Shown here in pieces: positions 38,471 to 47,450 of a DNA stretch of 64,000 bases. Below the pieces are notes generated by a model, which saw only the letters and a program-made list of their open reading frames with translations, did no database searches and had not been told where the DNA came from. The stretch spans positions 81-64,080 of the forward strand of contig JAGBSP010000004.1 in assembly GCA_017631855.1 (NCBI GenBank). Reading direction: 5' to 3'. The DNA comes from Clostridia bacterium (GTDB lineage: Bacteria > Bacillota > Clostridia > Oscillospirales > CAG-272). Every line of letters starts with the position of its first letter. Position 1 is the first letter of the stretch. The position numbers and the translations under genes were made by a program.

Positions 38471-40144
38471 TTAGCAATCTTTTTCAAAGGTTGCTCTCAT
38501 GACCGCAAGCTTTGCGTCCGCTTCAGCAGGCGTTGGAGCAACTACGCTGAAATAGAACTTGCACTTCGGTTCCGTACCACTCGGACGCACGGCAACCCAG
38601 CTACCGTCAGCAAGAACAAAGCGAAGAACATCGGAAGACGGGAACCCTGCCTCCATCATTTTCTGAGAAGCATAATCTTCCATCGTCAAAACGGCTACGT
38701 CTCCTGCTGCAGAAGGCGGTGCTTTGCGAAGTCCGTTCACCAAAGCTTTGATCTTTTCTGCACCGTCAAGACCCTTAAAGGTAAAGTTATCCAAGGCATC
38801 ACGATAGAAGCCGTATTTCTTATAAAGTGCTTGCAACGCATCGACCAGCGTCATACCGAGCGTATGATAATATACCGTTGCTTCGCAGAGCATCAAAGAA
38901 GCCTGCACCGCATCTTTGTCGCGAACACAGTCGGAAATCAAACAGCCGTAGCTCTCCTCATATCCAAACACAAAGGTCTTATCGCCCTTCAACTCGTGGC
39001 GGTAAACCTTGTCACCGATAAACTTGAAGCCGGTCAGCGTCTTTTCTACACTTACACCGTAATTTTCACAAATACGGTCACCAAGATCTGAGGTAACGAT
39101 GGTATTGAACATCACTCCGTTTTCGGGAAGCGTACCTTTCTCCGCCTTTTGAGAGAGAATGTATTCCAGAAGAACCGCCGCAGATTGATTTCCCGTCATA
39201 CGAATATATTCTCCGTTGTGCTTCACGGCAACGCCAAGACGGTCACAGTCGGGATCGGTCGTGATCACGATATCGGCATCTGCTTTTTTTGCATATTCCA
39301 ACGCAAGAACGTAAGCGTCAGCCACCTCGGGGTTGGGGTTCAGAGTCTTGGAAAATTCGGTATCGGGAACGCATTGCTCCTCGACGGGAATCACAGTATA
39401 TCCCAAACGCGACAGCACCGTTCTAACGGGAATATTACCCGTTCCGTGCTGAGGAGAATATACGATCTTTATATCACTCTTGTCAAGATCGTTATTGAGC
39501 GTAATCTTCATTACGGCGTTATAATAGGTTTCATCAATCGCAGGGTCTACACTCACGATCAAGTCCCCCGCCTCGTCTGTCGAGAGAGCTTGCACCGTCA
39601 GAGGATCATCAATGCGCTCGATTTCTGCCACAACCTCATCGTTGACATCGGGAACAAGCTGACATCCCCGCTCGTCATAAAGCTTATAGCCGTTATATTC
39701 GGGGGGATTATGCGACGCGGTAATCATAACGCCGCCAAACGCACCAAGTTCTCTAACCGAGAATGAAAGCTCTGGCGTGGGGCGGAGCGAATCGAACAAA
39801 TACGCCTTAATACCGTTTGCTGCAAGCACACCTGCCGTTTCTGCGGCAAATTCAATGCTGAAACGACGGTTATCGTGGGCAATAACCACGCCGCGTCGGC
39901 AAGCCTCAACACCGGCTTTCTTCACGTATTCGGCATATCCCTGCGTCGTTTTACGAATGATGTATTTATTCATACGGTTGGTTCCTGCACCAATCACTCC
40001 GCGCAATCCACCCGTACCAAATGCAAGATCACAGAAAAAACGCTCCTTGATCTCCTTATCATTTCCTGCAATTTCGGAAAGCTCTGCCTTTGTTGCAGCA
40101 TCCGCGTTTTTTAACCAGTGTTGATATTTTGCTTGATAATCCAT
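38471..40144 (-). CDS. phospho-sugar mutase (phosphoglucomutase/phosphomannomutase family)
   Basis: 557 aa with the active-site TASHNP, the metal loop DPDCDR, and GEESYG-like GYEESYG. Confidence 0.9.
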   Translation of the reverse strand: MDYQAKYQHWLKNADAATKAELSEIAGNDKEIKERFFCDLAFGTGGLRGVIGAGTNRMNKYIIRKTTQGYAEYVKKAGVEACRRGVVIAHDNRRFSIEFAAETAGVLAANGIKAYLFDSLRPTPELSFSVRELGAFGGVMITASHNPPEYNGYKLYDERGCQLVPDVNDEVVAEIERIDDPLTVQALSTDEAGDLIVSVDPAIDETYYNAVMKITLNNDLDKSDIKIVYSPQHGTGNIPVRTVLSRLGYTVIPVEEQCVPDTEFSKTLNPNPEVADAYVLALEYAKKADADIVITTDPDCDRLGVAVKHNGEYIRMTGNQSAAVLLEYILSQKAEKGTLPENGVMFNTIVTSDLGDRICENYGVSVEKTLTGFKFIGDKVYRHELKGDKTFVFGYEESYGCLISDCVRDKDAVQASLMLCEATVYYHTLGMTLVDALQALYKKYGFYRDALDNFTFKGLDGAEKIKALVNGLRKAPPSAAGDVAVLTMEDYASQKMMEAGFPSSDVLRFVLADGSWVAVRPSGTEPKCKFYFSVVAPTPAEADAKLAVMRATFEKDC

Positions 40145-40302
40145 ATTTTCACCTCACAAATTCCATATGTTTTATATTTTTATTATAACATATTTTCCAT
40201 ATCTTTTCAAGAATAAAAAAGAAAAAAAACACCGTCTTCGCAGAAAACTCTTCGACATAATCTTATCTTTATTATATATTTACATGAATTACGAAAAAAG
40301 AC

Positions 40303-40331
40303 TTGACAAATGAAGAAATTTATGATATGAT
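40303..40331 (+). promoter_or_regulatory. sigma-A-type promoter for the second amino acid ABC operon
   Basis: TTGACA (40303-40308), 17-nt spacer, TATGAT (40326-40331). The leader is about 90 nt. Confidence 0.5.
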
Positions 40332-40425
40332 TATAATACTTTATCAAAGTAAAGCGTTAAAGTAACCTTTTCTTTGAAAAACATTTTTATTTTATGACTG
40401 TAATCTTACGGTCGGGAGGTATTTT

Positions 40426-41280
40426 ATGAAAAAAATTCTCGCTCTTGCGCTCGCTCTGCTGATGCTGGTTGGCGCATCCATTTCCTTCACCTCTTGCGGT
40501 GAAAAGCTCCAGTTTGGTAAAAAGTACACCCCTCTTTCCGCTCAGATGGACGTTCTTGCTCAGCTGAACTCCAAGTCGATCGACGTCGGCGTAATGGACA
40601 GCATTATGGCAGGCTACTACCTCAATCAGGATGACTCTGATTACAAGGGCAAGCTGATGATTGTAGAAGACGTTGAGTTTGAGGCTGAACAGTACGGTAT
40701 CGCTGCAAGAAAAGGCAGTGGACTTGCAAAGGCAATCAACCATGCGCTGATCTCGCTCTCCAAGGCAGGCGTTGTCGAAGAGATCGCTGAAAAGTACGGT
40801 ATCGCTTCGGAAGTTTGCATTGACGAAGAGATGGAAATGACCGACTACACTGAGGAAGAGATGGAAGATGTAAACTACATCATCGAGCAGGGCAAGTTCA
40901 TCGTTGGTTACACCATCTTCGCTCCTATCGCATACAAAGATGACAACGGCGATCTGATCGGCTTTGACATTGAGCTCGCTGAGGCAGTAGCCGAAGTTAT
41001 GGGCATTGAGGTAGAATTCAAGGAAATTGACTGGGATTCGAAGGAAGCACTTCTCAACAACAAGACCATCGACTGCATTTGGAACGGTATGACCATTACC
41101 GAGGAAAGACTTGCAAATATGGAAATTTCGATGCCCTACCTGAACAACAAGCAGGTTGCAATCATCCGTGTTGAGGATAAGGACGTTTACACCAACCTCG
41201 ACTCCATGTCCAAGGCAATCATCGGTGCAGAAGCAGGTTCTGCCGGTGAGGCTTGTGTTAAGATCGCTGAAGAAGAATAA
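40426..41280 (+). CDS. amino acid ABC transporter substrate-binding lipoprotein, circularly permuted domain order
   Basis: Lipobox SFTSC. Residues ~25-130 look like the C-terminal third of SBP_bac_3 proteins, and residues ~150-284 look like the N-terminal two thirds. Confidence 0.85.
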   Translation: MKKILALALALLMLVGASISFTSCGEKLQFGKKYTPLSAQMDVLAQLNSKSIDVGVMDSIMAGYYLNQDDSDYKGKLMIVEDVEFEAEQYGIAARKGSGLAKAINHALISLSKAGVVEEIAEKYGIASEVCIDEEMEMTDYTEEEMEDVNYIIEQGKFIVGYTIFAPIAYKDDNGDLIGFDIELAEAVAEVMGIEVEFKEIDWDSKEALLNNKTIDCIWNGMTITEERLANMEISMPYLNNKQVAIIRVEDKDVYTNLDSMSKAIIGAEAGSAGEACVKIAEEE

Positions 41281-41296
41281 TTTTTAGCATCTACTC

Positions 41297-41986
41297 ATGG
41301 CATTATTTTTTAATGTTACACTCCAATTATTAGAAGGGTTGCTTTATACCCTTCTAATCTTTGGAGTAACACTTCTTGTCGCGCTACCGCTTGGACTTTT
41401 GATTGCCTTTGGTTCTAAATCGAAGATCAAGATCATCAGCGCAATTACCCGTGCGTTCGTTTGGGTCATCCGAGGAACGCCACTGATGCTTCAAATCATT
41501 TTCTTTCTCTTTCTCCCCACGAGCTTTTCCAACATCATGCAAAGCATCGGCATCCCTGTCGATCTTGCTCTGCGTGGCGAGGTTGCGCTCCTTACGATGG
41601 TTTGTGTTGCGTTCAGCATCAACTATGCGTGCTATTTTTCGGAGATCTACCGCGGAGGAATCCAAAGTGTTCCTCAAGGACAGTACGAGGCAGCACAGGT
41701 GCTTGGTATGACCAAGTCGCAAACCTTCTCTAAGGTAATTTTCCTTCAGGTCGTCAAGCGTATCGTAGCACCGATGTCCAATGAGATCATCACGCTCGTT
41801 AAGGATACGGCTCTTGCAAGCGTTGTCATTCGACTCGACCTCTTTACGGTAGCAAAAGGTATCGTCAATACCAAGGCGATCTTGTGGCCGATCTTCTATG
41901 CAGGTCTTTTCTATCTGCTGATCAACGGTCTGCTCACCATTCTGCTTGGAAAGCTCGAGAAAAAACTGGGATATTTTAAGGTGTAA
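41297..41986 (+). CDS. amino acid ABC transporter permease
   Basis: 229 aa, HisM/GlnP-type. Confidence 0.9.
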   Translation: MALFFNVTLQLLEGLLYTLLIFGVTLLVALPLGLLIAFGSKSKIKIISAITRAFVWVIRGTPLMLQIIFFLFLPTSFSNIMQSIGIPVDLALRGEVALLTMVCVAFSINYACYFSEIYRGGIQSVPQGQYEAAQVLGMTKSQTFSKVIFLQVVKRIVAPMSNEIITLVKDTALASVVIRLDLFTVAKGIVNTKAILWPIFYAGLFYLLINGLLTILLGKLEKKLGYFKV

Positions 41987-41988
41987 CT

Positions 41989-42777
41989 ATGGCGTTTTTT
42001 GAAGTTTCAAATATCAAAAAAAGCTTCGGAAAAACCGAAGTTTTGAAAGGAATTGATTTTTCTCTCGAAAAAGGAAGCGTCCTTTCGATCATCGGCTCCT
42101 CGGGAAGCGGTAAAACTACCCTGCTCCGTTGTCTGAATTTTTTGGAAACGCCCGACGTGGGAACGATGTCGATCGACGGTAAGGTGATTTTCGACGCATC
42201 GAAGGATAAGGCAATGAAGGAGGCGGAAATCCGCGCAAACCGTTTGCATTTCGGTCTTGTGTTCCAATCCTTCAACCTCTTTCCTCAGTATACAGCGTTT
42301 GACAATATCACGCTGGCGCCGCTGATGCGCTTGACCGAGCAAAAGCTTACGAAAGAAGAAATCAAAGTAAAAACGGAAGAGATCAAGGCAAAGGCTTGGG
42401 AGCTCTTGGAAAAGGTTGGTCTTACCGATAAGGCAGATTTTTATCCCTGCCAGCTTTCGGGCGGTCAGCAGCAGCGTGTCGCAATCGCGCGCGCACTTGC
42501 ACTCTCCCCTGATATTCTCTGCTTTGACGAGCCGACCTCGGCGCTCGACCCCGAGCTTACGGGCGAGGTTTTAAGAGTCATTAAGAGCTTGAAATCCTCA
42601 GACAGCACGATGATCGTTGTAACGCATGAGATGGAATTTGCCAAAAACGTATCCGATGAGGTCATCTTTATGGCAAACGGTGTCATTGAGGAGCAAGGAA
42701 CTCCCGAAGAACTCTTCGAGAATCCAAAATCCCCGCTGACCCGCGCTTTCCTCAATAAATCGTTGGAAAGCTTTTAA
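41989..42777 (+). CDS. amino acid ABC transporter ATP-binding protein
   Basis: Walker [10 protein letters not shown], signature LSGGQQQR, Walker B LCFDE. Confidence 0.95.
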   Translation: MAFFEVSNIKKSFGKTEVLKGIDFSLEKGSVLSIIGSSGSGKTTLLRCLNFLETPDVGTMSIDGKVIFDASKDKAMKEAEIRANRLHFGLVFQSFNLFPQYTAFDNITLAPLMRLTEQKLTKEEIKVKTEEIKAKAWELLEKVGLTDKADFYPCQLSGGQQQRVAIARALALSPDILCFDEPTSALDPELTGEVLRVIKSLKSSDSTMIVVTHEMEFAKNVSDEVIFMANGVIEEQGTPEELFENPKSPLTRAFLNKSLESF

Positions 42778-42788
42778 ATCAAACAACA

Positions 42789-42815
42789 AAGCCACGGAGC
42801 AAAACTCCGTGGCTT
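42789..42815. terminator. bidirectional hairpin terminator
   Basis: aagccacggag-caaaa-ctccgtggctt. Confidence 0.7.
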
Positions 42816-42820
42816 GTTCT

Positions 42821-43498
42821 TTATTTCCTTTTTAAAATCTCTTTCCATGATTTTCTTCTATCCGGATAAAAAGTATTTTTTTGATACAATGCAATGGACA
42901 GTTTCCACGAGAGTACGTACAAGGCAAGAATGATGGTGCCAATAATCAAAAAAATTGTGGGAGTGATCGTTGGAATCGAGATTGTATAAGAAACTTTTCG
43001 AAAAGCAACGTATGCAAAGGTGAAACCACAAACTGCGGCGACACCAATCAAAGAAACCATTCTTCCCTTTTCTGTACCAAACCGAAAAACAAGCGGCAAA
43101 GAAAACGCAGAAAACAGAAGCGGTAAAAAGAATACTACGAATAAGATACCGCCCATTTCCGATAAAGAAAACCGATTTTCAATCTGTCTTGAAATTCCAT
43201 ATACAACCGAAACTAATACCGTAAAAAGCGTCGTTGGAATCAAGCCGACCAAATATTTTACCGAAACGACCTTATCTTTGGAATACGGCAAGGTCTGAGA
43301 AAAAATTTTCCATCGACTATGCTCGTCATATGCTAAAAGATTGATTGGAATCATACCAACGAGAATCCCGGGATAAACAACAAAATACCAAGAATCCGTA
43401 TTGAAAAAGAATAATGCCAAAAATACAACCGTAATTACTAAATACATCTTACAATATTTCCAAGCCATCAAAAAATCTTTATATAAAAGTCCTTTCAT
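42821..43498 (-). CDS. ABC-2 type transporter permease
   Basis: 225 aa with about 6 TM segments. The start shares one nucleotide (43498) with the stop codon of the upstream ATPase gene. Confidence 0.75.
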   Translation of the reverse strand: MKGLLYKDFLMAWKYCKMYLVITVVFLALFFFNTDSWYFVVYPGILVGMIPINLLAYDEHSRWKIFSQTLPYSKDKVVSVKYLVGLIPTTLFTVLVSVVYGISRQIENRFSLSEMGGILFVVFFLPLLFSAFSLPLVFRFGTEKGRMVSLIGVAAVCGFTFAYVAFRKVSYTISIPTITPTIFLIIGTIILALYVLSWKLSIALYQKNTFYPDRRKSWKEILKRK

Positions 43499-44334
43499 TA
43501 AAAACTCTCCTTTACCATAAATACAAACAGTTCTTCAATCGTGATCGGAGATACTTTATGCTCCTCGGAAATATCCTTTCGCAGCATCACCACATCCATT
43601 CCGTAAGGCGTTTTTCTTTGATATTTTACCGTCTTGGGATCCATAGAAGAAAACTCCTCTGCGGAACAATGAATCATTCCATATTGCTCCAAAAGCGCGT
43701 CCTTCTCTTCACAAAGCAATAAATTTCCCTTGTGCAAAAAAGCAATATAATCACAAAGCTTTTCGAGATCACTAACAAGATGCGAAGAAATTAAAACGGA
43801 ATGATTTTCATCTCTGGTAAAATCATAGAGTAATGAGAGAAAATCGTCACGGGCAATCGGATCAAGACCGTTCATTGGCTCGTCCAAAATCAAAAGCTTC
43901 GCCCCATGGGACAATGCAATCGCAATGCCGAGCTTCATCTGCATTCCACGGGAATAATTCAAAAAGGCAATATCTCTCGGAATCGAAAGCTTCTCAAGCA
44001 AGCGCTCATATTCGGTATCATCCCAAGCGGAATAAATCCCCTTCATCATTTTCCCCACCTGAATTGCCGTCATACATTGGGGAATTCCCACTTCGTCTAA
44101 TACCACACCGATCTCTTGCTTTGTTAAATCCAAATTCTTTTTTCGTCCAAAAATTGAAATACTTCCGCGGTCTTTATGAAACATATCCAGAATCAAATAA
44201 ATCAGCGAGGTCTTTCCTGCGCCGTTTTTTCCCACAAGTCCCATAATACAGCCGCCGGGGAGAGTCAACGAAAGTTCCCCCAAAACGAAATTTCCATTTT
44301 TAAAATATAAATCTTTGATTTCCAACGCGTTCAT
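43498..44334 (-). CDS. ABC transporter ATP-binding protein
   Basis: Walker A GKNGAGKTS, degenerate signature YSRGMQMK, Walker B LILDEP. Confidence 0.92.
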   Translation of the reverse strand: MNALEIKDLYFKNGNFVLGELSLTLPGGCIMGLVGKNGAGKTSLIYLILDMFHKDRGSISIFGRKKNLDLTKQEIGVVLDEVGIPQCMTAIQVGKMMKGIYSAWDDTEYERLLEKLSIPRDIAFLNYSRGMQMKLGIAIALSHGAKLLILDEPMNGLDPIARDDFLSLLYDFTRDENHSVLISSHLVSDLEKLCDYIAFLHKGNLLLCEEKDALLEQYGMIHCSAEEFSSMDPKTVKYQRKTPYGMDVVMLRKDISEEHKVSPITIEELFVFMVKESF

Positions 44335-44708
44335 TCATTTTCCTCCCATTCAAACTGAATCATTTCGATCAGATCCTCTTTGCTCAGCTCACATACCAAA
44401 GCAAGCTTTTTAATCTCTGCTAAATGCTCTTCAATCTTTTTTAATTTTTCTTCTCGTACAAGCTCTAAATTTTGATGAGAAACGTAACACCCTTTCGCAG
44501 GAATGGTATAAATAAATCCTTCCTTTTCAAGCTCCTCATACGCACGTTTTGTTGTAATAAAGCTGATACGCAGATCCTTGGCAAGTCCTCGGATTGAGGG
44601 CAGCATCTCGTCGGGCTTCAACTCCCCACTGATAATCTGATTTTTGATCTGCGAATAGATCTGATTGTAGATCGGTTCTCCATTTTTATTGTCAATCAAA
44701 ATTGTCAA
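44331..44708 (-). CDS. GntR family transcriptional regulator (YtrA-like short form)
   Basis: 125 aa. TTG start follows a GGAGGTG RBS. It has a winged HTH (LPSIRGLAKDLRISFITTKRAYEELE) and overlaps the ABC ATPase start. Confidence 0.9.
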   Translation of the reverse strand: MTILIDNKNGEPIYNQIYSQIKNQIISGELKPDEMLPSIRGLAKDLRISFITTKRAYEELEKEGFIYTIPAKGCYVSHQNLELVREEKLKKIEEHLAEIKKLALVCELSKEDLIEMIQFEWEENE

Positions 44709-44723
44709 GGTATCACCTCCATC

Positions 44724-44750
44724 AACTGTATATATCCATTATACACAGTT
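44724..44750. promoter_or_regulatory. candidate operator: inverted repeat upstream of the GntR gene
   Basis: AACTGTATATA-tccat-TATACACAGTT (10 of 11 positions symmetric), 16 nt upstream of the start codon. A further ACAGTT half-site follows. Confidence 0.4.
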
Positions 44751-44778
44751 AATACAGTTTTGTCAATAGTTTTTTCAA

Positions 44779-44810
44779 AAAAAAATAAAAATGCCGAGGT
44801 TTCTCGGCAT
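44779..44810 (-). terminator. rho-independent terminator after the atypical regulator gene
   Basis: atgccgag/ctcggcat hairpin with a long T-run on the minus strand. Confidence 0.65.
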
Positions 44811-44811
44811 T

Positions 44812-45456
44812 TTATGATAGATATATGGCGTTTGCCTTGAGGCAATAGCCTTGTCCTCTCACGGTTTCAATCAAACGAACCCCAAACGGAGCTTCGAGCT
44901 TTTTTCGAAGATGGCAAATATGTACGTCGGCAAGATTTCCTTGCGTTCCTTCAAAAAGCGCAGAAATCTCCGTACGGCTGATCGGTTCCCCAAAACGGTC
45001 GGCAAGCAATTTCAGCACAAGGCACTCGCTACTCGTTAAGGCAATGGTTTGATTTCGGTAAACCACTGTGTTTTCTTGTTCTGGCAAAAAATAGATGGTT
45101 GGGTTTGATTCGGACGACGCGACAGTTTCTTCCTTGACCGAAGTAGTTCCCTCGTATGCCTCTCTGACAGTTTCAATCGAAATCGGCCACTCCCACACGT
45201 CATCAAACCGATGTTGGTCGGGCTTTTTCCCATCTGCAGAAACAGCAACGATCCGACAAGTATCACTTTGAGAAAAGCAATACCCTGCCGCAAGATCGAG
45301 CACTACAAGATCAAATTCCGAGAGTTCCTCGGGGGGAGCAGAAAACACACGCACGGGACACCCGCAAGCGGTGGCTTCCAATTCAAAAAACATCGAAATT
45401 TCTCGTTTGGGAGAAATCACGGCAATTCGTTTTTTGCAAGAATTCTTATGTTTCAT
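44812..45456 (-). CDS. OmpR/PhoB-type winged-helix DNA-binding protein with a degenerate receiver-like N-domain
   Basis: Start at MKHKNS (ATG 45456), overlapping the dusB stop (ATGA). The C-terminus (LTSSECLVLKLLADRFGEPISR...VHICHLRKKLE...IETVRGQGY) is a Trans_reg_C type. Confidence 0.75.
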   Translation of the reverse strand: MKHKNSCKKRIAVISPKREISMFFELEATACGCPVRVFSAPPEELSEFDLVVLDLAAGYCFSQSDTCRIVAVSADGKKPDQHRFDDVWEWPISIETVREAYEGTTSVKEETVASSESNPTIYFLPEQENTVVYRNQTIALTSSECLVLKLLADRFGEPISRTEISALFEGTQGNLADVHICHLRKKLEAPFGVRLIETVRGQGYCLKANAIYLS

Positions 45457-46481
45457 ATCTTCTCGTTTTCGTTCAAAACAGATTTTAAAACCGCACCGAT
45501 CGCTTCGGGGGAATCTGCCGTCATAATCGCGGCGCGCGCCGAAGCCGCACCTCTGAGTCCGTTCAGATACCACGAAACGTGCTTCTTGCCTTCGGCAAGT
45601 CCTACGCGCGCTCCCTTATGCTTGATCATTTCCTCTAACTGCAAAAGTGCCGTTTCAATACGTTTCTCGACCGTAGGAGCAACAAAATCACGTCCCTCCA
45701 TCCGAGCCGAAATTTCTTCAAAGAGCCACGGATTTCCCATTGCACCGCGTCCGACCATCACACCGTCACAACCCGTTTTCTCCATCATTGTCAACGCATC
45801 TTCCGCAGAGGAAATATCTCCGTTTCCAATGACGGGGATCGAAACAGAACGCTTGACACGTTCAATCACAGAAAGATCAATTCCGGGCGTGTAGAGCTGT
45901 TCCTTGGTTCTTGCGTGCACGCAGATCAGTGCCGCTCCGCTTTGCTCTAAAATCTTTGCCATTTCGGGAGCGTTGATCGAATCAGAATCCCAACCAGCAC
46001 GAATTTTCACCGTCACGGGGAGCTTGACCGCTTTGGTCATTGCCGCAACAATCTCTCCCGCAAGACGGGGATTTTTCATCAAAGCACTTCCCTCACCGTT
46101 GCCCGTAATCTTGCGTACGGGGCAACCCATATTGACGTCGATTGCTACGGGCGGGATCTCGGAAAGGCATCCGCGGTAGGAAGAAGCCTCAAGCATTCTT
46201 GCCGCTTCTGCCATAAAGTCGGGCTCAGAGCCAAAGATCTGAATTGCCATCGGTGCTTCCTTCGCAGAAATGGCGGCAAGCGGCGCCGTACCCATCAGCG
46301 CCGCTTCCCTGCGTTTGGCTTTCTGTTCATAGCAAAGTGCCTTCGCAGACACCATTTCACTCACGAGATATTCCGCACCGTGCGCTCGGCAAAGCAAGCG
46401 AAAGGAGCGATCGGTCACTCCTGCCATCGGCGCGAGCATCAATCCGTGAGGTAAAACGGCAGTTCCTATCGTTAAACTCAT
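45453..46481 (-). CDS. dusB: tRNA dihydrouridine synthase DusB
   Basis: 342 aa with a TIM-barrel FMN motif (LAPMAGVTD...DVNMGCP) and a C-terminal helical domain. Confidence 0.93.
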   Translation of the reverse strand: MSLTIGTAVLPHGLMLAPMAGVTDRSFRLLCRAHGAEYLVSEMVSAKALCYEQKAKRREAALMGTAPLAAISAKEAPMAIQIFGSEPDFMAEAARMLEASSYRGCLSEIPPVAIDVNMGCPVRKITGNGEGSALMKNPRLAGEIVAAMTKAVKLPVTVKIRAGWDSDSINAPEMAKILEQSGAALICVHARTKEQLYTPGIDLSVIERVKRSVSIPVIGNGDISSAEDALTMMEKTGCDGVMVGRGAMGNPWLFEEISARMEGRDFVAPTVEKRIETALLQLEEMIKHKGARVGLAEGKKHVSWYLNGLRGAASARAAIMTADSPEAIGAVLKSVLNENEKI

Positions 46482-47317
46482 TTGTTGTTTTGCGTTCTGT
46501 TGACCAGAACCTCTGCCGCGCTTTCAAGATACGTGTTATCCATCATCTCGATCCAACCCTTGTCTACGAGTGCCGTCAGCTTGGGATCCATCGGAATCTG
46601 TGCCAACAGATCATATCCAAACTCCTCTGCGATCTGATCAATATGACTCTCGCCAAAAACCTTGATTTCCTTACCGCAATCGGGGCATTTGATATAGCTC
46701 ATATTTTCGATCAAACCGTATACGGGAATGTTCATCAGCTGAGCCATATTTGCCGCCTTCGCCACAATCATCGAAACGAGCTCCTGAGGGCTGCTGACGA
46801 TCACAATACCGTCAATCGGAATCGACTGGAATACCGTCAGCGGAACGTCGCCCGTTCCGGGAGGACAGTCGATAAACATATAATCAATATCATTCCAGAT
46901 CGTATCGGTCCAGAACTGCTTTACAACGCCTGCAATGACAGGACCACGCCAAACAACGGGCTTGGTTTCCTCATCGAGCATCAGGTTGACCGACATAACA
47001 TCAATTCCCGAGGTCGTCGTGGGAGGAATCATTCCGTGCTCGTCACCGTCCACGCCTGCCTTGAGTCCAAATGCCTTCGGAATCGAGGGACCCGTAATAT
47101 CAGCATCGAGAATTGCCGTTTTATATCCCAAACGCTGCATATTGACCGCCAGCATCGAGGTTACGAGCGATTTACCAACGCCGCCCTTTCCACTAACAAC
47201 TGCAATAATGTGCTTTACGCTGCTCAGCGGATTGGGTTGTTCCATCAAGCTGTTTTTTTCTTTTGAGCCACAGTTCGAGCTGCAAGTCGAACAATTATGA
47301 GTGCATCCTTCTGCCAT
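46478..47317 (-). CDS. Mrp/NBP35 (ApbC) family iron-sulfur cluster carrier ATPase
   Basis: Start moved to MAEGCTHNCSTCSSNCG (ATG 47317). It has the deviant Walker A SGKGGVGKS and a CPDC motif. It overlaps the dusB start (ATGA). Confidence 0.9.
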   Translation of the reverse strand: MAEGCTHNCSTCSSNCGSKEKNSLMEQPNPLSSVKHIIAVVSGKGGVGKSLVTSMLAVNMQRLGYKTAILDADITGPSIPKAFGLKAGVDGDEHGMIPPTTTSGIDVMSVNLMLDEETKPVVWRGPVIAGVVKQFWTDTIWNDIDYMFIDCPPGTGDVPLTVFQSIPIDGIVIVSSPQELVSMIVAKAANMAQLMNIPVYGLIENMSYIKCPDCGKEIKVFGESHIDQIAEEFGYDLLAQIPMDPKLTALVDKGWIEMMDNTYLESAAEVLVNRTQNNK

Positions 47318-47413
47318 TTTATTTTCATTCCTTTCATTTTTTAGAAAATTCAATCGATATTCTTTATTATACACCCTTTTTTCTTTTTTTTCAAGTGATT
47401 TCGAGATTTTCTC

Positions 47414-47444
47414 AAAAAGAAAAGCCGTTGCAAGCAACGGCTTT
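47414..47444 (-). terminator. rho-independent terminator after the Cys-rich protein gene
   Basis: aaagccgttgc/gcaacggcttt hairpin followed by a T-run on the minus strand. Confidence 0.65.
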
Positions 47445-47450
47445 GAAAAA

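Noticed and set aside
40145-40425. The long AT-rich region and ~90-nt leader before the permuted SBP operon, examined for a riboswitch, T-box or leader peptide.
   Set aside because: I could not recognise a T-box specifier/antiterminator pattern or a conserved riboswitch core. The only uORFs are trivial (6-11 codons) and lack RBSs.
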